Shown here: piece by piece, positions 1 to 12,999 of the stretch
Numbering within the stretch: the first letter of the stretch is position 1
Layout: every line of letters begins with the position of its first letter
Origin: an uncultured Spirochaetota bacterium
GTDB lineage: Bacteria; Spirochaetota; Spirochaetia; SZUA-6; Fen-1364
Length of the DNA stretch: 64,000 bases
Assembly (NCBI GenBank): GCA_963745235.1
Contig: CAVUXE010000052.1
Location: forward strand, 192,001 to 256,000
Direction: 5' to 3'
The notes under the pieces: model-generated
The model's input: the letters and a program-made list of their open reading frames with translations, nothing else
What the model was told of the DNA's origin: nothing
Databases searched by the model: none
Position numbers and translations under genes: made by a program

Positions 1-1042
1 CTATACCTGCCAGGGCAAGAAGCTGGAGGACGCGGCGGACCTTTCCGCGGGGGACCTCGGCATGTTCACCAAGAGCGCTTCCCTTCGGACGAATGACACG
101 CTGCAATCGCCGGATGCCCCCATTGCCTACCCGCCCCTGGAGCTGCCGACTCCCGTCCATTCACTTGCCATCTCGGCAAAGGCCAAGAAGGACGAGGACA
201 AGATGAACCAGGCCCTCTTGAAGATTACGGATGAGGACCTCACCTTCCGGGTCGCGTATGAGAAGGAGACGAAGGAGACCGTCATCTCGGGAATGGGAGA
301 GCTGCACATCTCCATGATCCTGGACAAGATCAGGGAAAACCAGAAGATCGACATGGAGACAAAAATCCCGCGCGTGGCCTACCGTGAAACCATCCAGGGC
401 AAGGCGGAGGCCGAGTACACGCACAAGAAGCAGACCGGTGGCCACGGTCAATATGCGAAGGTCTCCCTCGAAGTGAACCCGATACCGCGCGGAGAGAAGT
501 ACAAGTTCACCAACGCGATTTTCGGCGGGGCGGTGTCGCGTGGCTACATCCCGGGCGTCGAAAAGGGAGTCATCGAGGCCATGGAGGCGGGGGTCCTTGC
601 CGGTTACCCCGTGGTGGACGTGGAGGCCCGCATCGTGGACGGAAAAGAGCACCCTGTTGATTCCTCGGAGCTCGCCTTCAAGCTGGCCGCCCGGGAAGCG
701 TTCCGTGAGTGCATGCGAAACGCCAAGCCGGTGCTCCTGGAGCCGGTCTGCAATCTCACCGTCTACGTTGACGATCAGTATCTGGGCGCTGTGCTGTCGG
801 ACCTCAGCTCAAAGAGGGGCAAGGTGCAGGGGCAGACACCCATCGGCGGCGGGATAGAAGAGATCAAGGCGCAGGTGCCCCAGGCAGAGTTGATGCACTA
901 CGCCATTGACCTGAAGGCGCTCACCGCGGGCACGGGATCATTCGAGCTGGAGTTTGACCACTACAGCCCCATCTCCGGCAAGATTGCGGATGACGTGATC
1001 AAGGCCGCCCAGGCAGCGAAGGCGGAGGAAAAGAAAGACTAG
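1..1042 (+). CDS. fusA: Elongation factor G (stand-alone copy), C-terminal part; gene begins before the window
   Basis: Motifs GMGELH, PRVAYRETI, KKQTGGHGQYA, GVLAGYPVVD, DSSELAF, PVLLEP of EF-G domains III-V; not followed by tuf. Confidence 0.9.
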   Translation, partial: YTCQGKKLEDAADLSAGDLGMFTKSASLRTNDTLQSPDAPIAYPPLELPTPVHSLAISAKAKKDEDKMNQALLKITDEDLTFRVAYEKETKETVISGMGELHISMILDKIRENQKIDMETKIPRVAYRETIQGKAEAEYTHKKQTGGHGQYAKVSLEVNPIPRGEKYKFTNAIFGGAVSRGYIPGVEKGVIEAMEAGVLAGYPVVDVEARIVDGKEHPVDSSELAFKLAAREAFRECMRNAKPVLLEPVCNLTVYVDDQYLGAVLSDLSSKRGKVQGQTPIGGGIEEIKAQVPQAELMHYAIDLKALTAGTGSFELEFDHYSPISGKIADDVIKAAQAAKAEEKKD

Positions 1043-1043
1043 C

Positions 1044-1463
1044 CTACAGGAACGGCCGCTCCGGGAGGAAGAAGTGCAGCACCGCGGCTGCTATCCCGAG
1101 CATTCCGAGAGTTGTCCGGTAGCCCACGGGAGGCCTCTCCGTCTTTTCCGAGCGTTCCACGGGGAGCACTGCGTCCTGGCGGAAGACCTCGAACAGGAGC
1201 GCAATACCCATGGCCATGCCCATCACGGAAGGGAACAAGTCCCCAATGATCAGCGGGCCTTCCACGGGCACGAAAAGCGTGCCAAAGCCGACAAGCATGG
1301 AGGCCAACCCGCTGATCAGCTTCGCGGACCGGCCTGACAGCGCGGCGGCAATCGGGGCAAACCCGTGGATCTTTTGCGCAATCCAATCCCCGGACAAAGA
1401 CAGCCCAGCGAGCAGATTGCTGACAATTGAAAGAAAATAGAACTGGAGCATTGGCGCAATCAT
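1044..1463 (-). CDS. Hypothetical integral membrane protein (about 4 TM segments)
   Basis: 139 aa ORF with several hydrophobic segments; tightly packed with neighbouring genes. Confidence 0.7.
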   Translation of the reverse strand: MIAPMLQFYFLSIVSNLLAGLSLSGDWIAQKIHGFAPIAAALSGRSAKLISGLASMLVGFGTLFVPVEGPLIIGDLFPSVMGMAMGIALLFEVFRQDAVLPVERSEKTERPPVGYRTTLGMLGIAAAVLHFFLPERPFL

Positions 1464-1484
1464 AGGGATTCGGCGGACTGCCAG

Positions 1485-2027
1485 TCAAGGACCGGGCACG
1501 GGAAGTGAAAGAGTCCGCGATTGGCCCTCAATCTGCACGGTTGCGCGAAGCGTTCTTTCCGTGGCCGCGTACCTCATGGAAGCCCTCAGCGCGACCCGCG
1601 AACAGGAAAGAGTCCCCTGAGCCTGGACTTCTTCGCCTGTCTCCGGGAGAAAGAAAACCACCGAGACTCGCTGCCCGGTGCCTCCGACGCCGGGTCCAGC
1701 GGGACCCAGCCGGGAAAATGCGACTCCGACATCAAGGGTTTCCCCAAATACCCGGGCCTGCAGGGCCGCGTGCCAGCCGTCAATCTCCGCCCGGGAAGCG
1801 GACCTCGGGAGGACCCGCAGGATGATGGCAGCAATCAGAACCGCAATGAAAAGCGGTATCAGAGAGCCGCGCCGCATCCTGAGGAAAGAGCCAGGCCGCC
1901 GCCTCTCGGAATGGACCTGCGGGCGATGCCGCCGAGCTGCGCTTTCGATCACCTCCGCCAGCCTGTCTTCACGGTCGTCGTAGGCTTTCTTTCCCTTTTT
2001 CACCCGAAGGACAGGGTGTTTCATCAA
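1485..2027 (-). CDS. Hypothetical single-pass membrane protein
   Basis: 180 aa; basic N-terminus, one TM segment (SLIPLFIAVLIAAIIL), fills the gap downstream of nnr. Confidence 0.6.
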   Translation of the reverse strand: MMKHPVLRVKKGKKAYDDREDRLAEVIESAARRHRPQVHSERRRPGSFLRMRRGSLIPLFIAVLIAAIILRVLPRSASRAEIDGWHAALQARVFGETLDVGVAFSRLGPAGPGVGGTGQRVSVVFFLPETGEEVQAQGTLSCSRVALRASMRYAATERTLRATVQIEGQSRTLSLPVPGP

Positions 2028-2032
2028 CGACC

Positions 2033-3545
2033 TCAGCGGAGCATGCGCGAGATGAGCGGCACAAGATCCTCCGCCAGGAACCAGCCCATTCTCTCCCGTG
2101 CCTTGCGCCCGAGAGAGGCATGGAGCGAGACGCCGAACATTGCCGCATCCAGGGGGCTCATTCCCCCGGCGATACCTGCCGCGACGAGTCCTGCCAGAAC
2201 ATCGCCCGACCCCCCGGTGGCAAGTGCGGCATTGGGACCGTCGAGAATCCAGTACTTTCCAGACGGGGCCGCAACCATTGTGCAGTGGCCCTTGAGAACC
2301 ACCACGACCTCGAGTCGGGAGGACACCTCAACGACATGGCGGAGCGGACTGCGAAGCACATCGTCTCGAGGGACCCCGCTGATGCGAGCGAACTCCCCTG
2401 GATGCGGAGTGATGACCCAGCGCCCGCCCAGGCTGAGCGGCGCCCGCGCTGCAATCCGGGACAGAAGCGTGATTCCATCAGCATCGATCACCCCGGAGAG
2501 CTTCTGCGAAAGCAGGTGCTCCAGCCATCCCTGCCGCCCCTCTGTCAGGCCCCACCCCGGTCCGACCAGGAAGCCGGAATAGGCGCTCGGCTCCGGCCCA
2601 CCCCAGTCTGGGGGACGGGGCTCGTCCCAGGGCTTGACCATCACCGAGGTCGCCTTCTCTGCCAGGATGGGGTAGATGTCGCGCCCGACATGCAGGCTCA
2701 CAAGCCCGAGCCTGCTCCGCGCGGCGGCAGTTGCCGAAAGCCACGCAGCGCCGGTGGTTCCCGGCGAAGCCGGCGAACACGGCGAGGTGGCCGCGCCTGC
2801 CCTTGTGGGTGTCCGGTGGGATGGGCTTCAGGAGCCTCCTCCAGGCGTTGAAGGAAAGGCTTTCTCCCGGGATGGAGGGGTCATCAACAAGAACGGGAGG
2901 AAAGCCAACCGGCGCCACGAGGATCCTCCCGCACAAGGCGCGCGCATGCGGCAGGTAAAGGCACGTCTTGGGCAAACCCATGGTCAGCGTGAGGTCGCAA
3001 CGCACGGCGGGCCACGCGGGATCAAACGAGTCGGACACGCCGCTCGGCACGTCGATGGCGGCCCTTTTCCCCGGAGATGCATTCATTGCTTCGACAAGGT
3101 CTGAAAGGGGAGCCCGAAGAGATCCCTGAAGCCCTGTGCCCGCTATCCCATCCAGGATCCAGGCCGCCTCCTGCAGGCGCGCCATGACCAGGTCTTTCTG
3201 CTCGGGCCAGGGGAGGCATTCAATTCCATACGCCTGGCAGATGGCGAGCATTCGAGCGGAGGACCCGCCCGGCGAGGGCAATCCCCCGGCGAGCACGATG
3301 GACAGGCCTGGCGCGCCCTGGCACAGCGCCCGGCGGGCCATGACGAGGGCATCACCGCCGTTGTTGCCCTTTCCGGCCGCGAACACGAGCGGTCCCCCGG
3401 GGAGCCTTCCCTGGCACTGAGTCTTGACGAAGAGAGACCAGGCGCTCACGCCTGCGTCTTCCATCAGAAACGCACCGGGAATCGCGAACTCGTCCTGGGC
3501 CCGCCGGTCGATCAGCGTCATGGCCTCCGAGCTCACGATCTTCAT
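2033..3545 (-). CDS. nnr: Bifunctional NAD(P)H-hydrate epimerase/dehydratase (YjeF/Nnr), frameshifted near 2755
   Basis: [24 protein letters not shown] in ORF 2478-3584; [26 protein letters not shown] in ORF 2033-2701. Confidence 0.85.
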
Positions 3546-3547
3546 TT

Positions 3548-4837
3548 TCAATCGCCCTTCAGAAGCATGTCGGATCTCCACCACGTCACGTGCGCCCTGG
3601 TCTGGTCCACCAGGAGGCCGTACACGAGTCCCGTGGGGGAAAGTCGAAGATCGCGAAAGCTGAGCTCCGAGTCCTCGATGACCATGTACCGCCTGGCCCG
3701 TACTCTTCCCCCCTGGTCCAGGATCTGCAGCGTATAGAGATTGGAGTCGGCGAATCCGAGGAGGTAGTAGAATCCGTTCGCGCTCACGCCAATCAGGTCA
3801 TTGGGCGGCGCAGGGATTTCGGTTGTCTTGAGCCCGGCCGTTTCCTTGCGGGGAGGATTCTGCGGAAGGTCGACAAAGGAGTCGTACCGGCGGGTCCGGA
3901 GGTTCAACCGGTACACGCGCGCGGTGACGGAATCATCCTGGGACGAATTGGCGCGCGCGGGGTCATCCGAAGGCTCGCGATACAGGTAGACCATGAAATA
4001 GAGGAACGGATTCTGCATGTCGGGAATGATATTCACGAGCGCCGGAGTCACTCCCTTTTCAGCCGTGACGGGAAGGTGGGCGGAATCGATTTCCACCTGG
4101 TAGAGCAGCGTGCCTTCCCGGGAATACCAGAAGACCTCCCAGGACTGGGGCAGGCGTGTCACGACAACCAGATCGTCCTTCGCGGTGACGTGCATTGCCA
4201 TGATATAGGGAAACGGCGTCCCCCCGATGCCTTCCTGTCCCAGGTACCCCTCGGGTTTACCCTTGCGGTCAAAGCGCAGGACAACCCGGGTGAGAAGCAC
4301 ACCGTGAGCGCTGTCCTTCACGACTTTCGCCTCGGGAACGCCGTCCTCCACGTACAAGGTCCTATCGCTTGCGACCGCGATCTCTCCGATGTCCATGAAG
4401 GGATAGCTGACCGCGCCTCGTGTGCTGACCAGGTCGTCTGGCGAGGTCTTGTTCTGGTCGCTGCTTGCGCTTGCCGGAGCGCTGGGCGCCGGCTGATCCA
4501 TGAACACCGGGGCGGGGTTGGTCTGCGCGTTGTACAGGAGGAAGATCAAGTCACCGTAGGAGGAGAAAACCATCACCTTGCCGGAGTTTCCGTTGGCAAG
4601 GTAGAACCATCCGTCCCTCATGTAGATGCGCGTCTTTTTCTCCACGTTGCCGCCGCTCGACGGGAACAGGTCGACCTGGTTGTCCAGCTTGCCAAGGGAA
4701 AGAGAGAAAAGCTCCGTCCCAACGAGCTCCTCGATCTCTTTCTTCTGGCACCCGACAAGCGACAGGACGGAGACAACGACGGGAATGACAACGGCTATGG
4801 AGGCTGTGAAGAAGCGGCGCGACATCTGCTTCGCCAT
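3548..4837 (-). CDS. Predicted spirochaetal lipoprotein (LIC_12708-like family); start 4837 or 4825
   Basis: Signal peptide with lipobox SLVGC, then [40 protein letters not shown]; the upstream part of the listed 767 aa ORF is antisense to secA. Confidence 0.7.
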   Translation of the reverse strand: MAKQMSRRFFTASIAVVIPVVVSVLSLVGCQKKEIEELVGTELFSLSLGKLDNQVDLFPSSGGNVEKKTRIYMRDGWFYLANGNSGKVMVFSSYGDLIFLLYNAQTNPAPVFMDQPAPSAPASASSDQNKTSPDDLVSTRGAVSYPFMDIGEIAVASDRTLYVEDGVPEAKVVKDSAHGVLLTRVVLRFDRKGKPEGYLGQEGIGGTPFPYIMAMHVTAKDDLVVVTRLPQSWEVFWYSREGTLLYQVEIDSAHLPVTAEKGVTPALVNIIPDMQNPFLYFMVYLYREPSDDPARANSSQDDSVTARVYRLNLRTRRYDSFVDLPQNPPRKETAGLKTTEIPAPPNDLIGVSANGFYYLLGFADSNLYTLQILDQGGRVRARRYMVIEDSELSFRDLRLSPTGLVYGLLVDQTRAHVTWWRSDMLLKGD

Positions 4838-4882
4838 GGTAGCGGGCTTCCCTTGACCTGTCAATCTCTCGAAGGGTACATT
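4836..4882. promoter_or_regulatory. Overlapping divergent sigma70-like promoters for secA and the lipoprotein gene
   Basis: Plus strand: TTGACC(4853)-18-TACATT(4877-4882). Minus strand: TTGACA(4864-4859)-17-TACCAT(4841-4836). Palindrome TTGAC-CT-GTCAA at 4853-4864. Confidence 0.5.
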
Positions 4883-4888
4883 GGCCGT

Positions 4889-7687
<2,799 letters not shown>

Positions 7688-7690
7688 GTC

Positions 7691-8800
7691 CTACCGTGTC
7701 ACCCGGTAGCGGGTGTGCGCAAGGGTCGCCCCGAACCCGTACGCCAGCCCCGCGCCTGTGACGGCAAGGCTCAGCGCCTGGAGCAGCGTTCCGACCCGCG
7801 CAAGCGCGGCGGATCGAAAGGCGGTGAGAAGGATACCGGCAAGAGCGGGCACGTTCACCAGGAACAGCGCGAGCAGACCAGAGGTAAAAAGGGAAAGCGA
7901 CTCTTCGCTTCCGGCTGCCCTGCGCCCCTTGGATGCGCGGACCCAGCCACCGATGGCCGTGCAGAGTGCCATGTATCCGTCCAGCGCCAGGAGAAAGACC
8001 ACCAGGACAAGCAGCGGCAGCAGGAGGACCCCGACCACGGAGGCGATGATCAGAACGACGGCCAGGGGGATCACCACGAGGGAGACAACAAGGGTTATGA
8101 GGGCTTGCCGCCAGAGCGACGGCAAGGCCTGCTGCATCTGACGCGCATGGGTGGCAAGGTAGTAGGAGCTCAGGAACAGCGCCGAGCCAAAGAGGACATA
8201 GCCCAGGACAACGCCGGCCAGCTCGAGGGCCTGCGCTGAAAACTGCGTCCCCAGGACCCCGAGCAGGGGGACTTTGAGGCCGGGGAGCTGACTCACCGTC
8301 CCGCCCACCACGGCACGCGGACTGGCATTCAGCCTCCCGCCTATCACGACGACATTGCCGGTCACTTCCGCCCTCGGGGAAAGTTCAGCGTCCGCACCCA
8401 CCACCCAGAGGTCCCCGTCCACGCGGGAATCCACTGTCACCCGGCCCCCCACGCTGAGAAGGTCTCCCCTGTGCGGTGAGCTCACGACCACGGGCGCGCC
8501 GATGCTCGCGCCTCCGCCCATGAGAAAAGCAAATCCGTTCAGCCCGATGGAGACGCTTGTTTCTCCGTTTCGATAGACGACCCTGAGGGGAAGCACGCTC
8601 ACCAGTCGTCTCTGCTCACCGGATCTCTCCATCAGGCCGAAGGAGAGACCGAGACTCGCCGTCCCGTCTCCCACTTCGATCAGCCCGGGCTGGAGGCGGA
8701 TCCCCGCCCCCGCGGATCGCTCAGTGGTGTCCTGCGAATACGCTCGAAATAGGCAGAAAAGAGCGAGAAGGGCAATGACGACCAGGACGAGCTTTCTCAT
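7691..8800 (-). CDS. Membrane protein with a bactofilin-like (polymer-forming) beta-helix segment and a multi-TM C-terminus
   Basis: Signal-like N-terminus MRKLVLVVI; G-D/N-L/V-x-V-x-G repeats (GDLLSVGG, GDLWVVGA, GNVVVIGG); 5-6 TM segments. Confidence 0.6.
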   Translation of the reverse strand: MRKLVLVVIALLALFCLFRAYSQDTTERSAGAGIRLQPGLIEVGDGTASLGLSFGLMERSGEQRRLVSVLPLRVVYRNGETSVSIGLNGFAFLMGGGASIGAPVVVSSPHRGDLLSVGGRVTVDSRVDGDLWVVGADAELSPRAEVTGNVVVIGGRLNASPRAVVGGTVSQLPGLKVPLLGVLGTQFSAQALELAGVVLGYVLFGSALFLSSYYLATHARQMQQALPSLWRQALITLVVSLVVIPLAVVLIIASVVGVLLLPLLVLVVFLLALDGYMALCTAIGGWVRASKGRRAAGSEESLSLFTSGLLALFLVNVPALAGILLTAFRSAALARVGTLLQALSLAVTGAGLAYGFGATLAHTRYRVTR

Positions 8801-8819
8801 TGAGGGCACCCCTCGGTTA

Positions 8820-9857
8820 TTATCGGAGTCCGGAGACAAAAAGTGCCGGGTTCTGCGGCACGCCGAACTTCCTCACTTCGAAGTGCAGGTGCGGGCCGGT
8901 GGCATAACCGGTTGCGCCGACTGCGCCGAGGATCGAGCCTCGTACCACCCTGGTTCCCGGGCCCACGAGAATGCGGCTCATGTGACCATAGACATAGGAG
9001 TAGCCGAGCTGTCCCCTCACCTCGACATAGTTGCCCAGCACATCGTCCCACCCTGCGTCGCGAACAACCCCCTCGGTGGCTGATCTCACCGCCGAGCCGT
9101 AAGGAGCGGCGAGGTCGACTCCGTTGTGTTTTCTCCGCTGTCCGGTGAAGGGGTCCGAGCGGAAGCCGTAGGGCGAAGTCTCCCACGCGCTGGGCAGCGG
9201 GTTGGAAACCGCGACGCCCAGGGAGAGGCTGTACTCGTAGCCCGTGTGTTGAACGCCGGGGAAAAACAGCTGCTGCCCGGGCGCGATCTGGTCTCTCGTC
9301 ACGGCGTTGGCCGCAAGCACCTCTTCCGGTGACACGCCCTTCTTCCTGCAGAGGGCGTCGAAATCCGAATCAAGGGTCACGAATATGCCATCCTGCGTGG
9401 GGATCCGTATCTGCTCGCCCACCGAGAGGCTGTGCACTCCCCTTCCCTCGGACCGATTCAAGGAGGAAATCGTGTCCGGATTCAATCCCAGCTTCTGCGC
9501 GATTCCCGTGATCGTGTCCCCCGGCCTGACACGATACAGCAGGAAGCTGACCGGGGGCTGAGCCAGGGAGAACCCCCCGACGGGCTGGCCGGGCGGGACG
9601 GACCTTTGCGCGTTCGCAACCGAGGCCGCCCTGACGGCTCCCGTGCTGTCGTGGCCGCGAGCGTCCCCCAGCAGCATTGACCAGTCGGACGGATCGAAGA
9701 GCACCGGCTCCCCCGGAGGGGGAAAGGGCATCCGTGCGCCCAGCACAAGCACGACCGTGGTCGCCGCGATCATCAGCGCCGCGGCCTTGAGAACCGGCCG
9801 TCGAAGCTTTGCGATGGGAAGGTTGCCAATCACGTCCCGAAGCCTGGTTGAAGCCAT
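8820..9857 (-). CDS. LysM + M23 family peptidoglycan endopeptidase
   Basis: LysM YRVRPGDTITGIA; M23 HNGVD, YGHM, TGPHLHFE; N-terminal TM segment. Confidence 0.9.
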   Translation of the reverse strand: MASTRLRDVIGNLPIAKLRRPVLKAAALMIAATTVVLVLGARMPFPPPGEPVLFDPSDWSMLLGDARGHDSTGAVRAASVANAQRSVPPGQPVGGFSLAQPPVSFLLYRVRPGDTITGIAQKLGLNPDTISSLNRSEGRGVHSLSVGEQIRIPTQDGIFVTLDSDFDALCRKKGVSPEEVLAANAVTRDQIAPGQQLFFPGVQHTGYEYSLSLGVAVSNPLPSAWETSPYGFRSDPFTGQRRKHNGVDLAAPYGSAVRSATEGVVRDAGWDDVLGNYVEVRGQLGYSYVYGHMSRILVGPGTRVVRGSILGAVGATGYATGPHLHFEVRKFGVPQNPALFVSGLR

Positions 9858-9870
9858 GATCGCGCCAAGA

Positions 9871-10987
9871 CTATTTCAAGAATGCGAGCGGGTCAACCGC
9901 TTCCCCGTTTCTGAAGATCGAGAAGTGGAGGTGGGGACCGGTGCTGTAGCCGGTCGTGCCGAGCTCCCCGATCTTCTCCCCCTGCTGGATCTTCTGCCCT
10001 CGCTCCACCACGTAGTGGCTGAGATGGCCGTACAAGGTCTGGTAACCCGAGTGACGCAGGATGACATAGTAGCCGTAGTTGTTGTTGAATCCGACATCCT
10101 CCACGGTCCCCGCCATGGCAGCCATGATGGAGGTGCCCGGGGCGTTCACGATGTCAACGCCATTATGGAATCTCTTCACCCCGGTGAAGGGATCCGGCCG
10201 AATGCCGAAAAATGAGCTGATCTTGCCGCGCACGGGATAGATGAAGAGGTTTCCGAGGATCCTGTTCAGGTCGTTCGTCCGCATGTGCGCGCCGGGGAGG
10301 AAAAGCTCCTGGCCCACGGAGATCACCGAGCTCGGCAGGCGGTTCCAGTCAAGGAGAGCGTTGAGAGAGAGGCCGTTGCCGCGGGCAATCTGCTCCAGGG
10401 TGTCACCGCGGCGCACCGTGTACTTCAGCCCGTCCGCGTTCGGTATGCCCAGCGTTGTCCGGGGCGGATGGAACGGGCGTCACGGATGTCGTTCCAGCTG
10501 AGGACCGTATCCAGGTTCAACTTGAACTTCTGGGCGATCTGGGAAATCGACTCGCCTGACTGGGCCCTGTAGTCAGAGACCTTCAGGGTGCTGGAAAGAA
10601 GGGGATTTGCGGCGGCGCGTGCCGGCGGCGCCTCCTCGGGGACCAGCATCCTGTAGAGATCCTGGTCGGTTTCCGGCGGGCTTGGCAGAAGAGGTCTCTG
10701 GAGCGGCAGGGCAGCGGTGCGGACACGGGGAACAAGAAGCACGGTCGCAAGCAGGACAATGGCCAGGACGGCAAGCGCCAGAAGCGACAGCCGGACAAGC
10801 TTCGGGAGCTTTCGCGCCGATTGCCCCGGAAGCCCGCGTCCGGGGCCTGCGGGCGCCTGTCCCCGTCCTGCTGCGAGCGGGACGCGACGAAACGGGCCGG
10901 TATGGCCGCGGCGCTTTGCCAACGAGGAACCCTGCCTGACATGCCCCGCATCCGCGTGCCGGGGTGAGCCTTGATGCGCAGAGGCAT
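9871..10987 (-). CDS. Second LysM + M23 peptidase, frameshifted near 10430-10480; start uncertain
   Basis: TM segment and LysM (YRAQSGESISQIA) in ORF 10425-11489; LysM and M23 (HNGVD, YGHL, TGPHLHF) in ORF 9871-10416. Confidence 0.8.
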
Positions 10988-11051
10988 GGCTCCGCGCTTC
11001 TGGACGTGCTGGCGTTGGAGGACTGCTATCATACGCGCTCTTACCCACATA

Positions 11052-11080
11052 TCGACATTTGTTTCGCCGCATATTACAAT
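11052..11080 (+). promoter_or_regulatory. Sigma70-like promoter for ftsI-maf
   Basis: TCGACA-17-TACAAT, followed by GGAGG and a GTG start at 11104. Confidence 0.5.
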
Positions 11081-11103
11081 GTTCGCGGGAGGGGACCCGT
11101 TCT

Positions 11104-12999
11104 GTGACCGATCGCCGGGAGAAGACTCGCTCGACGCGGCGTCTCTTCATCTTCGCGGGCATACTCGGGCTCGCTGCGGTTGCGCTCCTTGTCCAGCTGG
11201 TGCGCCTCACCATCCTCCTTCCCGCCCGTGAAGGGACCGATACTCTTGTCATGCCCCAGGTGGAAAGGGGCGCAATTCTGGACCGCCAGGGGAGAATCCT
11301 TGCTGTCACGACGCGCCAGCGCCGGATCTCCGCCTGGGTGCCCGGCTTGACGAACGCCCAGGAAAGCGCCTCGCTGCTTGCCCGGACGCTGGGCATGGAC
11401 CAGGCGGCCCTGCTGAACAGCTGGAGCCGCCACGATGGATACGTCGTGGTGAAGCGCAAGGTCACCCCGGAGGAGGCGCAGGCCATCACTGCTTTGAAAG
11501 CGCAAGGGAAGCTCGCCGGGGTCCGCGTGGAGGATGACTTCGGAAGGTTCTATCCCCAGGGGAGGCTCGCGTCCCATGTGGTGGGATACGTGGGGGCGGA
11601 CAACGTCCCGTGGGACGGGATCGAATACACTTTCAACGACGACCTGGCACCGCAGCCGGTGGGGACAGACTCCGACACGGTGTTCGGCAGCCAGGTCTTC
11701 CTCACCATCGACGCGGGAATCGAATACCAGGTCGAAAAAATCGCCCGCGCCGCCTTCGAGGCGAACAAGCCGGACTCCCTCACGATTCTCGTGATGGATT
11801 CGCGCTCGGGGGAGATCCTTGCCTATTGCTCTCTGCCCGACTTCGATCCCAACGAGTTCCAGGGGGATTCCCCCATCATCGATCGAAACTCTCTGATCAA
11901 TCGTCCCCTTGCCGTATCCTATGAGCCGGGCTCGACCTTCAAGATCTTTTCACTCTCCTCCCTGCTGGAGCTGGGTGCCATTACGCCGGAGAGTCACTTC
12001 TTCACGCCCGGGTTCTACGTGAGGCGCCTTTCAAACGGGGACACAATCCGTATCGGGGACGTCGGAAAAAACGGCAACCTCACCCCGCGGGAGATCATCG
12101 AATACTCGAGCAACTCGGGCGCCGCATATGCCTCGGACAAGACAGACAACGAGAGCCTCTACCGCATGCTGACGCGCTTCGGCTTCGGGAGGCCCACCGG
12201 CCTTCCGCTCCTGGGGGAAACGGCCGGGCTCCTGCGCAAGCCCTCTCTCTGGTCCGCGCGCTCCAAGCCCACTGTCACCATCGGCCAGGAGATTTCCGTG
12301 TCCGCCGTCCAGATGGTCCAGGCGGCAACCGCCATCGCCAACGGCGGGGTTCTCCTGAAACCCATCATCGTGAAGAAGATCGTGTCCCCGGACGGCAAGG
12401 TGGTCAGGGAGTACAGCCGTGAGCCGCTCTGGGAAGCGGTCTCACCGGGCGTGGCCGGTGAGATGCTGGACTTCATGGAAGCAGCGACATCCCCGGCCGG
12501 CACGGCCCGCAGGGTCGCAATCCCCGGGATCCGCATCTCCGCGAAGACGGGAACGGCGCAGGTGGCTTCCGCGACCGGCGGCTATTCCGACAGCGATTTC
12601 ATCGCCTCCCTGCTGGGCATCTTCCCCACGGATGACCCGCGGCTGATCATATACGTGGTGATGCAGAATCCCAAAGGGCAGAGCTACTACGGCTCGACCA
12701 TCGCCGCCCCTATTTTCCACGACGTGGCCGTGGCCATCGTCGACCTCCTGGGGATCCCGCGGGAAGGGACCAGGTCGGTGAACGCGCCGGCCGAGGTGGC
12801 GGTAACGCTTCCCCGACAGGTGGAGATCGCAGCTGTCATGCCCGACCTCCTGGGAACCCCGAAGAGGCTGCTTCTCCCGCTCCTTCTGCGAAAGGACATC
12901 TCGGTCTCGATCAAGGGCAGCGGCTTTGTCGTGAAGCAGGACCCGCGGCCAGGCGCGCCTGTCGCTGCGGGAATGAAGATAACGCTGGAGCTGCAGTGA
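11104..12999 (+). CDS. ftsI: Class B penicillin-binding protein (FtsI/PBP3-like) with a C-terminal PASTA-like region
   Basis: N-terminal TM, RGAILDR, RFYPQG, EPGSTFK (SxxK), SSN, KTGTAQ. Confidence 0.85.
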   Translation: MTDRREKTRSTRRLFIFAGILGLAAVALLVQLVRLTILLPAREGTDTLVMPQVERGAILDRQGRILAVTTRQRRISAWVPGLTNAQESASLLARTLGMDQAALLNSWSRHDGYVVVKRKVTPEEAQAITALKAQGKLAGVRVEDDFGRFYPQGRLASHVVGYVGADNVPWDGIEYTFNDDLAPQPVGTDSDTVFGSQVFLTIDAGIEYQVEKIARAAFEANKPDSLTILVMDSRSGEILAYCSLPDFDPNEFQGDSPIIDRNSLINRPLAVSYEPGSTFKIFSLSSLLELGAITPESHFFTPGFYVRRLSNGDTIRIGDVGKNGNLTPREIIEYSSNSGAAYASDKTDNESLYRMLTRFGFGRPTGLPLLGETAGLLRKPSLWSARSKPTVTIGQEISVSAVQMVQAATAIANGGVLLKPIIVKKIVSPDGKVVREYSREPLWEAVSPGVAGEMLDFMEAATSPAGTARRVAIPGIRISAKTGTAQVASATGGYSDSDFIASLLGIFPTDDPRLIIYVVMQNPKGQSYYGSTIAAPIFHDVAVAIVDLLGIPREGTRSVNAPAEVAVTLPRQVEIAAVMPDLLGTPKRLLLPLLLRKDISVSIKGSGFVVKQDPRPGAPVAAGMKITLELQ

